From contig OZ242005.1 of the NCBI GenBank assembly GCA_965204725.1, positions 2,912,001 through 2,976,000 of the forward strand: DNA of 64,000 nucleotides. Direction: 5' to 3'. Shown piece by piece: positions 1 through 10,419 of this stretch. The position numbers were made by a program, and so were the translations under genes. Origin of the DNA: Candidatus Latescibacterota bacterium (lineage in GTDB: Bacteria > Latescibacterota > UBA2968 > UBA8231). The notes beneath the pieces are model-generated. The model had not been told where the DNA came from. It made no database searches and worked only from the letters and a program-made list of their open reading frames with translations. Every line of letters starts with the position of its first letter. Position 1 is the first letter of the stretch.

Positions 1-1325
1 CCTCCCATGTTCGTCGGCGCACTCTGGCGGGCGAGGATGCGGCTGTTGGCGTACTTGCCTATCTGTTTGAGCGTCTTAGGCCGCAACTGGCCCGTCCACT
101 TAACTTCCACCGGCCAAAAACGACCGTCCTTTATATATGCGATATCCACTTCACCCTCGCCTTTGATATAGTAAGTGGGATAGTGCCGGCCATAATGAGC
201 AACGGCGCAGGCTTCCACTAGAGGGCCGGTGCGCTCCGGGTCGGCGAGCAGGGGGCGCACCTGTGCGGTGAAAGGATCACTTGCCTCGTGCAGCCAGCTT
301 TGCACCGCGTGGAAAATGAAGGGATCGCAAAAGCTAATTTTGCGCGCCTTTTTCGGCGCACCGGCCAGCTTGTCCTCGCGCAAGGCTGGTTGGACGCGGA
401 GGACGTCCATAGAGGCGAGCAGGGCGATATAGTCGCTCACCGTAGCGGGATGGTCTATGCTCAGGGTGCGGGCTAAGGAGTTATAGGTGGTCTGGGTGCC
501 GTAGCAGCGGACAACAGCGGCCAGCACTTCGCCCAAATAGTGTTCCTGCTTGCCGCGCTTGAGCACATCGCCGCGTATCCAGTCGCTGTACGTGGCGAAG
601 GTGGCCGGGAGGATGCGGTCGTGGCGGGCCATATCGTTAATGGCAGTGAGAAAGCCGCCGTGGACTAGATAGGCGAGAAATTCCTCGCGCAGGACTTGCT
701 CGGTCTCTTCGGGCAGCGGCGATCTAGGCTGCGCTAACTGTAGCAACTCTGGGCCGCTCAGCGAACGCTTTAGCCCTACGGCCGCGGCAAAGCTCAAGGG
801 ATGGAGGTGAAAGTCAACGGTCGCGGCTTGCCCCCGGCGGCCGGGAAACCGCATGCGGGCCTCTTGGATGACCGCCGTATCCGAGCCGGTCGCAATGAGC
901 ACGACGCCTTCGAGCAAGCCGGCATCGGCGAGATACTTAATCCCCTTGTCCCAACCGGCGATATAGGTCACTTCGTCGAGCAGGATATAGCGCCGGCCCT
1001 CGGTCGGCATGGCTCGCTGGACGGTCGATACCAAGCGCACCAGCGAGTGGTGATCGTCGATGAGTTCGCCGGTGAAAAAGCGCAGCCGGGCCGGGTCGAG
1101 GCCGGTTGCAAGCAAGTCGGCCATCCACTGCTTGAGCAGGGTCGTTTTGCCAATCTGGCGGCCCCCACCCACCGTGTAAATGCCCGGCTGGGTGCGCGGC
1201 AGGCGGTCGAGGAGGGGAAAGCGATAGATTAGGGGCAGCGCGCGCAGGCGTCTGAGGTGCGGGTCCAGTTTGGAAAAGGCACCGTCGAGATGGGTATTGT
1301 GAATTTGGAATTCTTCTAAGTTCAT
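1..1325 (-). CDS. AAA+ ATP-binding protein (AAA_14/DUF4143 type), runs off the left edge
   Basis: Missing from the ORF track because there is no stop in the window. Manual translation from ATG 1325 gives MNLEEFQIHN..., Walker A GGRQIGKTT, Walker B ILLDEV, ATGS, and a C-terminal EVDIAY...PVEVKW nuclease-like motif. Confidence 0.85.
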   Translation of the reverse strand, partial: MNLEEFQIHNTHLDGAFSKLDPHLRRLRALPLIYRFPLLDRLPRTQPGIYTVGGGRQIGKTTLLKQWMADLLATGLDPARLRFFTGELIDDHHSLVRLVSTVQRAMPTEGRRYILLDEVTYIAGWDKGIKYLADAGLLEGVVLIATGSDTAVIQEARMRFPGRRGQAATVDFHLHPLSFAAAVGLKRSLSGPELLQLAQPRSPLPEETEQVLREEFLAYLVHGGFLTAINDMARHDRILPATFATYSDWIRGDVLKRGKQEHYLGEVLAAVVRCYGTQTTYNSLARTLSIDHPATVSDYIALLASMDVLRVQPALREDKLAGAPKKARKISFCDPFIFHAVQSWLHEASDPFTAQVRPLLADPERTGPLVEACAVAHYGRHYPTYYIKGEGEVDIAYIKDGRFWPVEVKWTGQLRPKTLKQIGKYANSRILARQSAPTNMG

Positions 1326-1529
1326 TAAATATGTATGGTTACGTTTATTGCGAAAATTTAGTCAATCGGCTCTGAATAAACTTAGGCAACGCAAATCAAT
1401 GGCGCAATTTTGCACATTCCCCGCCTTTCTCAGAAGCGGTCTGGAAATTCTGATGGAGTGCCGTTGGGTTTGTGATTCGTCTAACCTATCTTTAACGCCT
1501 TACTACACGACACCAGCCGCTCGCCTTCC

Positions 1530-1623
1530 AAGGATCGAGGGCATCTTGCCCTCGTCGAGGGTGGGACGCCCTCGATCCCGGATGCAACGGGAGCCGTAGA
1601 AAAAGTAAGTGTCGCGTACTTAG
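1530..1623. repeat. Palindromic REP-like dispersed repeat, copy 1
   Basis: AAGGATCGAGGGCATCTTGCCCTCGTCGAGGGTGGGACGCCCTCGATCCCGGA...GTGTCGCGTACTTAG; near-identical copy at 54132-54212. Confidence 0.85.
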
Positions 1624-1672
1624 CTTTAACGCTTAATTGCTGCCCTTCGACCTGCAAGGACGAAAGACCCCG

Positions 1673-2902
1673 ATGACCCTTCTCGAACCTCTCTTCGCTG
1701 GCTTGGGCCAGCTCCGGGCGCACAAGCTGCGCTCGCTGCTGACGCTGTTGGGCATTGTCATTGGCGTGGCGGCCATCATCGCCGTGGTGTCGCTCGGAGA
1801 AGGGCTGCGTCGCCAAGTGATCTCCCAGTTCATCTTCAGCGGCGGCGCGGGCATGATCCGGGTGGAGCCGCCGCGCCAGTGGGTGCGCAAGGATGGCCGC
1901 TGGGTCCGTCGCCCGTGGCAGGAGTACCTGACCGAGGCCGACATGGCGGCCATGCAGCGGGAAATCGACGAGCTACACGCCCTCGTGCCCGAGGTGCAAG
2001 GCAATGCCTCGCTACAGCGCGGCAAGACCACCGTGCAGGCGAGCTATACGGGCACTTCGGATGCGTTCAACGAGGGCTTCAACTGGCCCTTGACCAGCGG
2101 CCGGCCCCTGAGCGCGTTAGACTTGCGCCTCGCCCGCAAGGTCTGCCTGCTCGGCCACGACGTGCGTAAAGACCTCTTTCAGGAAGCCGATCCGCTGGGC
2201 GAGGAGATCAAGCTCAACGGCGACCGCTACGTGGTCGTGGGCGTGCTCGCCGAGCGCGTCCGCTTTGGCCAAAGTGAGGGCAATCGCGTGTTGGTCCCAT
2301 ACACCACGGCTCAAAAGCGGCTCAACGGCGAGGATCACTTCTCAGAGCTCACGCTTTTCGTGGAGGATTTGGACGCTGTCGAGCGGGTCATCGAAGCGGT
2401 GCGCCGCGTTCTCCGGCGACGCCACGAGCACGGCGACGCCTTTGAGGTAGAAACCAGCCAAGGGCAGATAGACAACGCCAACGAGTTCTTCCGCGTCCTG
2501 CAGCAAGTGGGCGGTGGGATTGCCGGGATTTCGCTGTTGGTCGGCGGCATTGGCATTATGAACATCTTGCTGGTGTCGGTGGCCGAGCGCACCCGCGAGA
2601 TCGGCATCCGCAAGGCCCTCGGCGCCAAGCCGCGCCACATCCTCGGCCAGTTCCTCGCCGAGGCCGTAGTCTTGAGCATGGTCGGCGGTCTGTTGGGCAT
2701 CCTCAGCGGCTTGGGTTTGGGCTTGGGGGCGGCCTTCATTATTCAGCAGCTCGCGCCCGGCTCGCCTTTTACCAGCATTGTCTCGGCTGAGTCCGTGCTC
2801 TGGGCCGTCGGCTTTTCATCGGCTGTCGGCATCTTTTTCGGCGTCTATCCCGCCTTTCGCGCGGCCCGGCTCGATCCGGTAGAGGCGTTGCGCCGCACGT
2901 GA
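1673..2902 (+). CDS. ABC transporter permease, MacB/FtsX family
   Basis: [43 protein letters not shown] and YPAFRAARLDPVEALR motifs; ATG 1673 chosen as start. Confidence 0.93.
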   Translation: MTLLEPLFAGLGQLRAHKLRSLLTLLGIVIGVAAIIAVVSLGEGLRRQVISQFIFSGGAGMIRVEPPRQWVRKDGRWVRRPWQEYLTEADMAAMQREIDELHALVPEVQGNASLQRGKTTVQASYTGTSDAFNEGFNWPLTSGRPLSALDLRLARKVCLLGHDVRKDLFQEADPLGEEIKLNGDRYVVVGVLAERVRFGQSEGNRVLVPYTTAQKRLNGEDHFSELTLFVEDLDAVERVIEAVRRVLRRRHEHGDAFEVETSQGQIDNANEFFRVLQQVGGGIAGISLLVGGIGIMNILLVSVAERTREIGIRKALGAKPRHILGQFLAEAVVLSMVGGLLGILSGLGLGLGAAFIIQQLAPGSPFTSIVSAESVLWAVGFSSAVGIFFGVYPAFRAARLDPVEALRRT

Positions 2903-4122
2903 TCTTCCTCGAAGCCATCCGCATTGCCCTCGGGCAAATATGGGTCAACAAACTGCGCACGGCCCTGACCCTGCTGGGCATGATGATTGGGGTCGGCGCG
3001 GTCGTCGGCATCGTGTCCATTGGCGAGGGGATGCGGCAGTTTGTCATCGACGAGTTCGGCAAGCTGGGCGGGGCGCAGTTCGTGATGGTCTCGCCGCAAT
3101 ACATGCATCTCAAGGACGGCCGCTGGGTCCCCAATCCTCGCTATAAGCCCTTGACCATGGACGACCTGCACGTGGTTGAGCAAGCCTCCGACCGCTTAGC
3201 CGCGGTCCTGCCCTCTATGACGCACGGGGCCGATCTGCGCTATCGCAAGGCCAGCTACCAGAGCCGGGCGGCCGGGACCTTGCCCGAGTTCGCCGCGGTG
3301 TACAATTGGCAGGTCGCCGCGGGCCGCTTCCTAATCAACGACGACTTAGACAAGGTGCGCCGGGTCTGCGTGATTGGGGAAAAGGTGCGCGAGGAGGTGT
3401 TTGGCTTGGCCCCCTTCTTGGGACGCGAGCTCAAGCTCAACGGCCAGCGCTTTACGGTCGTCGGCCTGATGGAGGACCGCCAGACCTTTGGCGAGGACTG
3501 GGGCGATCAAGTGCTGGTGCCGGTGACGACAGCCCAGCGCCGTCTCGCCGGCAACAAGTTCATCCAAGCCTTGGTAGCCCACGCCAAGGAGCCCGAAGAC
3601 GTGCCTCACATTACCGTTGCCATTGAAGAGGCCCTCAAAAAGCACCACGGCCCGGAGGCTGGCTATCAGATCTTCAGCGGCCGCAGCATCTTAGAGCAGG
3701 TCGAGCAGATCATTTTGCTGTTGAAGTTGGTCGTGGGTGGGATTGCCGGGATTTCGCTGTTGGTCGGCGGCATTGGCATTATGAACATCTTGCTGGTGTC
3801 GGTGGCCGAGCGCACCCGCGAGATTGGCATCCGCAAGGCCCTCGGCGCCAAGCCGGTGACGCTACTGTGGCAATTCGTGATAGAGGCGATGGCCCTGAGC
3901 TTGACCGGGGGCGTGCTCGGGGTGGCGGCGGGCTACGGGTTGGGCGAGGGCATTGCGCGCGTCATCTCCCACTACAGCGAATTGAACTTTCCCAGCATTG
4001 TCTCGCCGGAGGCCACGCTGCTGGTGCTGGCCTTGTCCATCGCGATTGGTCTTTTCTTTGGCATCTATCCGGCGGCCCGCGCCTCGCGGCTCGACCCGGT
4101 GGATGCTTTGCGCTCGGAGTGA
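2899..4122 (+). CDS. ABC transporter permease, MacB/FtsX family (paralog)
   Basis: Same MacB motifs; GTGA overlap with the upstream gene. Confidence 0.93.
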   Translation: MIFLEAIRIALGQIWVNKLRTALTLLGMMIGVGAVVGIVSIGEGMRQFVIDEFGKLGGAQFVMVSPQYMHLKDGRWVPNPRYKPLTMDDLHVVEQASDRLAAVLPSMTHGADLRYRKASYQSRAAGTLPEFAAVYNWQVAAGRFLINDDLDKVRRVCVIGEKVREEVFGLAPFLGRELKLNGQRFTVVGLMEDRQTFGEDWGDQVLVPVTTAQRRLAGNKFIQALVAHAKEPEDVPHITVAIEEALKKHHGPEAGYQIFSGRSILEQVEQIILLLKLVVGGIAGISLLVGGIGIMNILLVSVAERTREIGIRKALGAKPVTLLWQFVIEAMALSLTGGVLGVAAGYGLGEGIARVISHYSELNFPSIVSPEATLLVLALSIAIGLFFGIYPAARASRLDPVDALRSE

Positions 4123-4126
4123 TCTC

Positions 4127-4807
<681 letters not shown>

Positions 4808-4835
4808 TAGCCCGAGGAGCCGCATCCGCTGCTAA

Positions 4836-4864
4836 TTGACGCAATTTTTGCGTTCTACTACTCT
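4836..4864 (+). promoter_or_regulatory. sigma70-like promoter of the 4904 gene
   Basis: TTGACG-17 bp-TACTCT; a diverged copy lies at 5856-5884. Confidence 0.55.
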
Positions 4865-4903
4865 TGCATAGAACATCCTCAGTTTAGCAAAAGGAATACC
4901 ACC

Positions 4904-5794
4904 ATGTTCGTCGTCCGTGCATTCGCGTCCATCGCCCTCGTCTTTCTTCCCCTCTCGGCTACAGCTCAGATTACCCTCTCTCCCGACGATTTACGCCTGC
5001 CCTTGGGCATGACTTGGGAACAAGAAATCGCCACAGCCCAAGGCAGCCTAGAAGACTCCGAATTCAACATCGGCACTACTGGTGCCGACCAATCCTTCGA
5101 CCTGACTAGCGTCCTCGCCAACAGTACGTCCATCCGCGCTCGCAGTTCGGTCATCCCGCTGGAGCAGGCCCCCAATGCCGCTCGCTTCCCCGACGCGGAT
5201 TACGCCGTCCACAACATTGTGACCGCGCCCAACGCCACCGGCACCCTTGAAGAGTTCGAGACGTACGACTATTTCCAGCGCAGTGCCGCAGGCGATGTTC
5301 TCGTCGGGAGCGAAGGACCGGCCGGACAAGTCCCCTTCCCGACTATCGATGTAGAAACGCCTTGGCCGCTGGAATTCGGCAAAAACTGGATGGTCGAAAA
5401 TCTCTCCTTGGACGAGACTATAGCACCGGGGCTAACACGTTCCGGCCTGCACGATTATCAATACGTCGTTGATGCATGGGGAGAGATTCGGCTACCAGCG
5501 GGCACCTTTGAGTGTCTGCGCCTCCACCAGACTGGCTCTGGCGTCGTTACCTTCACGGGCGACGCTCACCTCGAGTCGTTGGGCGAAGTGACAGCCGAGA
5601 TAGACGCCTATGTTTGGTATGCCCGCGGGATTGGCACCGTCGCCATAGTCGTAGAGACGAGGCAGACTTTCGCCAGCGGCAACATCCCGCCGACTACGAC
5701 CACTCAAGTCGCCCGCCTCACTGAGATATCCAGCCCGGCCAGCGCGATAGCCGCCACGAGTTGGGGAGCCTTCAAGCAAAAGTTCGCCGAATAG
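4904..5794 (+). CDS. Secreted hypothetical protein with C-terminal SWG-type motif
   Basis: Signal peptide (..ATA-Q); VDAWGEIRLPAGTFECLRL and WYARGIG motifs; ends ATSWGAFKQKF; AAGGA RBS. Confidence 0.75.
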   Translation: MFVVRAFASIALVFLPLSATAQITLSPDDLRLPLGMTWEQEIATAQGSLEDSEFNIGTTGADQSFDLTSVLANSTSIRARSSVIPLEQAPNAARFPDADYAVHNIVTAPNATGTLEEFETYDYFQRSAAGDVLVGSEGPAGQVPFPTIDVETPWPLEFGKNWMVENLSLDETIAPGLTRSGLHDYQYVVDAWGEIRLPAGTFECLRLHQTGSGVVTFTGDAHLESLGEVTAEIDAYVWYARGIGTVAIVVETRQTFASGNIPPTTTTQVARLTEISSPASAIAATSWGAFKQKFAE

Positions 5795-5815
5795 ATTGAT
5801 TTACTGCCACTTGGT
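5661..5815 (+). repeat. Direct repeat, copy 1 (tail of 4904 gene plus tail of the vapC-like gene)
   Basis: ~155 bp matching 6683-6834. Confidence 0.95.
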
Positions 5816-5855
5816 GTCGAGCAAGTACTCCTCTTATTGTTAGTAATCTCCTTCG

Positions 5856-5884
5856 TTGACACAATTTTCGCGTTTCACTATTCT
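5856..5884 (+). promoter_or_regulatory. sigma70-like promoter upstream of the RHH-PIN module
   Basis: TTGACA-17 bp-TATTCT; homologous to 4836-4864. Confidence 0.6.
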
Positions 5885-5959
5885 TGCGTTACAGAGACCA
5901 TGACGAACCACTCTCGGTCTTTGTTGTCAACTATATGCTGCGAATACTGGAGGTCTGGC

Positions 5960-6202
5960 ATGAAGAACATCACTATCACTCTACCCGAGGATGTCGCCCG
6001 GTGGCTGCGGGTCAAAGCTGCCGAGAACGAGCGCAGTGTCTCCAAATGGCTGGCCGAACTGCTGGAAAGTATGAAGCGTCAGGAAGACGAGTATGAGGTC
6101 GCAATGAAGCGCTACTTGGCGATGAAGCCACGCGAGATCAACTGGCCGCAGGGCCGCAGGCCGACGCGCGAGGAATTGTATGACCGTCCCGGTCTTCGTT
6201 GA
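5960..6202 (+). CDS. RHH/CopG-type antitoxin
   Basis: MKNITITLPEDVARWLRVKAAENERSVSKWLAELL; GGAGG RBS; overlaps the PIN gene. Confidence 0.85.
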   Translation: MKNITITLPEDVARWLRVKAAENERSVSKWLAELLESMKRQEDEYEVAMKRYLAMKPREINWPQGRRPTREELYDRPGLR

Positions 6203-6644
6203 CACGAATATCTTCGTTTACCGCCACGACAGCTCGGACCCGTCAAAGCAGGCTTGCGCCGAGCAATGGATCAGACTGCTCGCGCACAATCGCTCTGGTC
6301 GGCTGAGTTTTCAGGTACTTCAAGAACTCTACGTGAGTCTCACGCACGAACGGCGGCTGAATTTCGGTCGGTCAGAGGCCCAAGAGATCATCAAGGTACT
6401 CACAGCGTGGCAACCGGTAGCCGCTGACCTCGCGATGCTGAACCGAGCTTGGGTCTTGCAGGATCGCTTTCCCTTGTCTTGGTGGGATGCGCTCATCGTC
6501 GCCGCCGCGCAGACCTGCGAGTGCAGGGTTTTGCTGACCGAGGACCTGCAAGACGGTCAAGAGTTCGGCGCGGTTCGGGTGGTCAATCCGTTTGCCTCGC
6601 CGGACCGAACGCCGGAAGAGATACTGGCAGCTTTGGCGTCGTGA
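6180..6644 (+). CDS. PIN-domain toxin (VapC-like)
   Basis: VFVDTNIFVY, QVLQEL, SWWDALIVAAA, LLTEDLQDG. Confidence 0.92.
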   Translation: MTVPVFVDTNIFVYRHDSSDPSKQACAEQWIRLLAHNRSGRLSFQVLQELYVSLTHERRLNFGRSEAQEIIKVLTAWQPVAADLAMLNRAWVLQDRFPLSWWDALIVAAAQTCECRVLLTEDLQDGQEFGAVRVVNPFASPDRTPEEILAALAS

Positions 6645-6682
6645 GCGTTTGATTGTCGCACGGCCTCGTTCCCGTGTCGTCG

Positions 6683-6834
6683 GGCAGACTTTCGCCAGCG
6701 GCAACATCGCACCAACTACGACCACTCAAGTCGCCCGCCTCACTGAGATGCCCAGCCCGGCCAGCGCGATAGCCGCCACGAGTTGAGGAGCCTTCAAGCA
6801 AAAGTTCGCCGAATAGATTTTACTGCCACTTGGT
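6683..6834 (+). repeat. Direct repeat, copy 2 (dead tail of the 4904 gene)
   Basis: Matches 5661-5815; the SWG Trp codon has become TGA. Confidence 0.95.
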
Positions 6835-7218
6835 TTGCACGTGTGGATAGGAGCGCAGCCGTTGGTCGGCGCTGATTAGCACTAGATTATGTACCCGCGC
6901 TGTGGCGACGATCATTTGGTCGGCTGGGTCTTTGTGGAAGGGACTCGGCAAATGCGCCGATTCGAGGGCTATATCCACCGTAAGGGGCAAAAGTTCTATA
7001 AACGGGGCTTGGGTGGCGCACTCAACCCACTGACGCACAGGCATAGATAAATGCAAGTGCCCCTTGGACTCTTTTTTCGCCACTTCCCAAGGACTGATCG
7101 CCGCTAGCCCAAAGGGCAAGTGATCCGGCTCCAGCAGCACCTCCCTGATCGGGGCGGGCAGCTTTTCCGGTGCCTCCAAGGCCCAGAGCCACGCATTGGT
7201 ATCGAGCAAGTACTTCAC
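6820..7218 (-). CDS. vapC: PIN-domain toxin VapC
   Basis: VKYLLDTNAWLW, ISPWEVA, HKDPADQMIVATA; GTG start overlaps the antitoxin stop. Confidence 0.9.
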   Translation of the reverse strand: MKYLLDTNAWLWALEAPEKLPAPIREVLLEPDHLPFGLAAISPWEVAKKESKGHLHLSMPVRQWVECATQAPFIELLPLTVDIALESAHLPSPFHKDPADQMIVATARVHNLVLISADQRLRSYPHVQTKWQ

Positions 7219-7454
7219 TGGCAGGTTTCCCAATCATCTTCGCCGAGCGGTTCATCCCAACCGGGCTGGTACGCGACCGTATCTCGGAGCGAGCCGAAGA
7301 AGGATTGGGGGTCGGGTTTGGTCTCCGGCTCAGGGGGGACGACCTGCGCTATGACTTTGCCGCGATTGGTCAACTCCACGGTTTTGTATTTGGTGCCGAC
7401 TTCGCGCACGACTTGGGTGCATTTGGCTTTGAACTCGCTGATGGGCATCCGCAT
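7215..7454 (-). CDS. Phd/YefM family antitoxin
   Basis: ISEFKAKCTQVVREV...LTNRGKVIAQVVP. Confidence 0.9.
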   Translation of the reverse strand: MRMPISEFKAKCTQVVREVGTKYKTVELTNRGKVIAQVVPPEPETKPDPQSFFGSLRDTVAYQPGWDEPLGEDDWETCQ

Positions 7455-7540
7455 GGCCTCAACTCCTGACTATATAGTCATTTTATATGACTATATTAAA
7501 CGGCACACCGCCTGTTGTCAATAATCTCCGCAGTGCCCCG

Positions 7541-8824
7541 CTACACCCCCGCCGGTGCTGGCCCCCCCGTCGCCCAATCCAACAGCTCGACAGTATGCAC
7601 GACCGGCACCTCAGCGCGGGCGGCGATTTGCTCCATGCAGCCGATGTTGCCCGCCGCTACGATCTGCGGCGCAACGCTAGCGATGTGCTCCACTTTGCGC
7701 GCTTGCAGCTTTTGCGCCAAATGGGGGCGCAGCATGTTATAAGTGCCCGCACTGCCGCAGCAGATATGCCCCTCGGGTACCTCAACAACCTCAAAGCCCG
7801 CTGCCCTCAGCAGGTGCCGCGGCGGCTCGGTGATGTGCAGGCCGTGTTGGAGCGAACAGGCGTCGTGATAGGCCACCCGCAGAGCCGGCGCGTGACGAGC
7901 CTCGCCCAACCCCAACTGCGCCACCACCTCAGAAACATCCCGCACTCGCTCCACCACCGCTTTGGCCTTGTCGGCCCACTGGGAGTCGTGGCGGAAGATG
8001 TGATCGTATTCCTTGATCGCCGTGCCGCACCCCGACGTGTTGAGCACAATCGCGTCTAAGCCGCCCGTTTCTAGCTCGCGATGCCAAACCGCAATGGCGC
8101 GCTGCATCAGTTCGCGGCTGTGCCGACGCTCTCCTAGGTGGAACGTCAGCGCACCGCAACAGCCCAGGTCCGGCGGAATGACCACCTCAGCCCCCAGCCG
8201 CGTCAGCAGCCGCACGGTCGCATCGTTGATCTGCGGCCCCAACACCCGTTGGACGCACCCGGTGAGCAGGGCCACGCGCAGCCGCGCCGTGCCCTCGGCT
8301 GGCACGACCCCGGGCCGAGCTACTGCCGCCGGGCGCGGCAACCGCTTGGGTGCCATGGCCAACAGCGGTCGCAGAGCGCGGGGCAGCAGGCCGGAGAACG
8401 CACGGCCCACGCCAGCCATTTTGAGCGCCCAGCGCGTGCGGCCGGGATAGGGCAACAGCCGCGTCAGCAGGGCGCGCAGCAAGCGGTCCGCCAGAGGCCG
8501 CTTGACGAGCTGGTCCAGCCGCGGCCGGGCCGTTTCCAAGAGGCGCGAATAATCCACGCCGCTCGGGCAGGTGGTCTCGCACGCGAGGCAGCCGAGGCAG
8601 TTGTCGATGTGCTCAACCGTCTGCTGGCTCGGGGGGACGTCCTCTTCGAGAACGCTTTTGATGAGGTAAATGCGGCCGCGCGGGCCTTCGAGTTCATTGC
8701 CGGTGAGCAAATAGGTGGGGCAGGTGGCGTTGCAAAAGCCGCAGTGGACGCAGGCGCGCAAGACCTTTTCGGACGCTGCAACCTCCGGGTCTTGCAGCAA
8801 ATGTGGGGGAATGACCGTGCGCAT
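7541..8824 (-). CDS. glcF: Glycolate oxidase iron-sulfur subunit
   Basis: CVHCGFCNATCPTY, CLGCLACETTCPSGV, two CCG domains (CCGAL, CCGSAGTYN). Confidence 0.95.
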   Translation of the reverse strand: MRTVIPPHLLQDPEVAASEKVLRACVHCGFCNATCPTYLLTGNELEGPRGRIYLIKSVLEEDVPPSQQTVEHIDNCLGCLACETTCPSGVDYSRLLETARPRLDQLVKRPLADRLLRALLTRLLPYPGRTRWALKMAGVGRAFSGLLPRALRPLLAMAPKRLPRPAAVARPGVVPAEGTARLRVALLTGCVQRVLGPQINDATVRLLTRLGAEVVIPPDLGCCGALTFHLGERRHSRELMQRAIAVWHRELETGGLDAIVLNTSGCGTAIKEYDHIFRHDSQWADKAKAVVERVRDVSEVVAQLGLGEARHAPALRVAYHDACSLQHGLHITEPPRHLLRAAGFEVVEVPEGHICCGSAGTYNMLRPHLAQKLQARKVEHIASVAPQIVAAGNIGCMEQIAARAEVPVVHTVELLDWATGGPAPAGV

Positions 8825-9291
8825 TACAGTTCGTCCCGCAGCCAGCGCGACAGGGCCTTGTCGGGCGCACTAATCTCCGCGAGCGAGGTGTAGTAATAGG
8901 CTTCCCAGCCGTCTTGCGGCAGGCCGGTGAACAGCATCAGGTTCAGGGGGTAGTTTTCCGAATCCGTGCAGCGGCGGAAGTCGTCGCGAAACAGGAAGGT
9001 CGGCTTGCCGAGGGCAATGGCCGCCCCCAGCTCGACCATCACCCCTTCGTCCGGGGGCGTCCCGTTGACAATGGCGAAGATCGCGTCGGCCTCAACCACG
9101 TCGCGCAAGTCTGCTTGGCCGACCGCATAGGCCCAGCCCGGCGCGGAAAAATCAACTTGGTTGTTGCGGGCAAAAGGCTCCCAGACTTCGGCCCCCAAGG
9201 CCCCTAACGCGGCGACAAACTGCGGCAAGAGCCGCTCCTTCCAATGAGGCGAGAATCCATAAGGACTAGCGAGATAGAGGGTCTTTTTCAT
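8824..9291 (-). CDS. Nucleoside 2-deoxyribosyltransferase family protein
   Basis: LYLASPYGF, PDEGVMVELGAAIALGKP, LNLML. Confidence 0.9.
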   Translation of the reverse strand: MKKTLYLASPYGFSPHWKERLLPQFVAALGALGAEVWEPFARNNQVDFSAPGWAYAVGQADLRDVVEADAIFAIVNGTPPDEGVMVELGAAIALGKPTFLFRDDFRRCTDSENYPLNLMLFTGLPQDGWEAYYYTSLAEISAPDKALSRWLRDEL

Positions 9292-9384
9292 ATTCAACTC
9301 CAGCGTTGTGTATTATATGCTCTATATTCTGTAATATAGGCAGGGCAACGCAAATCTCTTACCTACAAAACGAGACGTCACCGC

Positions 9385-10419
9385 ATGGAAAAGCCAACCT
9401 TCATCCTCCGCGAAAACATCCCCCTCGCTTCCCTCACCACCATGGGCCTCGGCGGCCCGGCGCGCTATTTCGCCGAGTGTACCACGCTACCTGATATGCG
9501 CACCTGCTTGATGTGGGCGCTGGGCGAGGGCCTGCCCGTGCAAGTGATCGGCGGCGGCAGCAACGTGCTGTTTGCCGACGCGGGCTACCGCGGCTTGGTG
9601 CTCAAAATGGGCTTCACCGGCATGACCTTCTCCGGCGATACCGTTGAGGTCGCGGCGGGCGAGGACTGGGACGGCTTTGTGCAGTGCTGCGTGGAGCGCG
9701 GCTTGGCCGGCGTCGAATGTCTTTCGGGCATCCCCGGGTCGGTGGGTGGGACGCCCATCCAAAACGTGGGTGCTTATGGCCAAGAAGTAAAAGACACCAT
9801 CGTGGAAGTGCGCGCCCTCGACCGGCTGACCCTGTCGGAAACCTCGTTTGCCCCGGCCGAATGCGACTTTGCCTACCGTCAGAGCCGCTTTAAGGGGGCC
9901 AACGGCGAGCGCTTTATCGTGACCTCGGTGACGTATCGCTTGGATCCCAGCGGCCAGCCGCAAATCCGCTACCCCGAGCTGCGCCGGCACCTAACCGACG
10001 CCCAGCCGACCTTAGCCGCAGTGCGCGACGCAGTGCTCGGGCTCCGCCGCAGCAAGTCCATGGTCATCGACCCGCAAGACCCCAACTCCCGCTCGGTCGG
10101 CTCTTTCTTCCTCAACCCAGTCGTCAGCGCGGCCGCTTTTGCCGCCTTGCAGGACCGCTATCCGAGTGTCCCGCACTTTCCCGATGCGGCTGGCGTCAAA
10201 GTCCCGGCCGCTTGGCTCGTGGAGCAAGCGGGGTTTCACAAGGGGCTGCAAAGGGGCGGGATTGGCATTTCAGAGCGGCACGCGCTGGCCTTAGTCAATC
10301 GCGGCGGCACGACCCGCCAAGTCCTCGCCTTGGCCGGTGAAATTCGGGATGCGGTCGAGCAAACCTTTGGCATCCGGCTGGTGCAGGAGCCGGTGTTGGC
10401 GGAGGAGCCTCGGCCGTGA
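9385..10419 (+). CDS. murB: UDP-N-acetylenolpyruvoylglucosamine reductase
   Basis: IGGGSNVL, SGIPGSVGGTPIQNVGAYGQE, FAYRQSRFK, SVGSFFLNP, HALALVN. Confidence 0.95.
   Translation: MEKPTFILRENIPLASLTTMGLGGPARYFAECTTLPDMRTCLMWALGEGLPVQVIGGGSNVLFADAGYRGLVLKMGFTGMTFSGDTVEVAAGEDWDGFVQCCVERGLAGVECLSGIPGSVGGTPIQNVGAYGQEVKDTIVEVRALDRLTLSETSFAPAECDFAYRQSRFKGANGERFIVTSVTYRLDPSGQPQIRYPELRRHLTDAQPTLAAVRDAVLGLRRSKSMVIDPQDPNSRSVGSFFLNPVVSAAAFAALQDRYPSVPHFPDAAGVKVPAAWLVEQAGFHKGLQRGGIGISERHALALVNRGGTTRQVLALAGEIRDAVEQTFGIRLVQEPVLAEEPRP

Noticed and set aside
229-1232. Plus-strand ORFs in the track over 229-1232, and most antisense ORFs elsewhere
   Set aside because: Shadow frames of real genes in high-GC DNA; the real gene here is the minus-strand ATPase.
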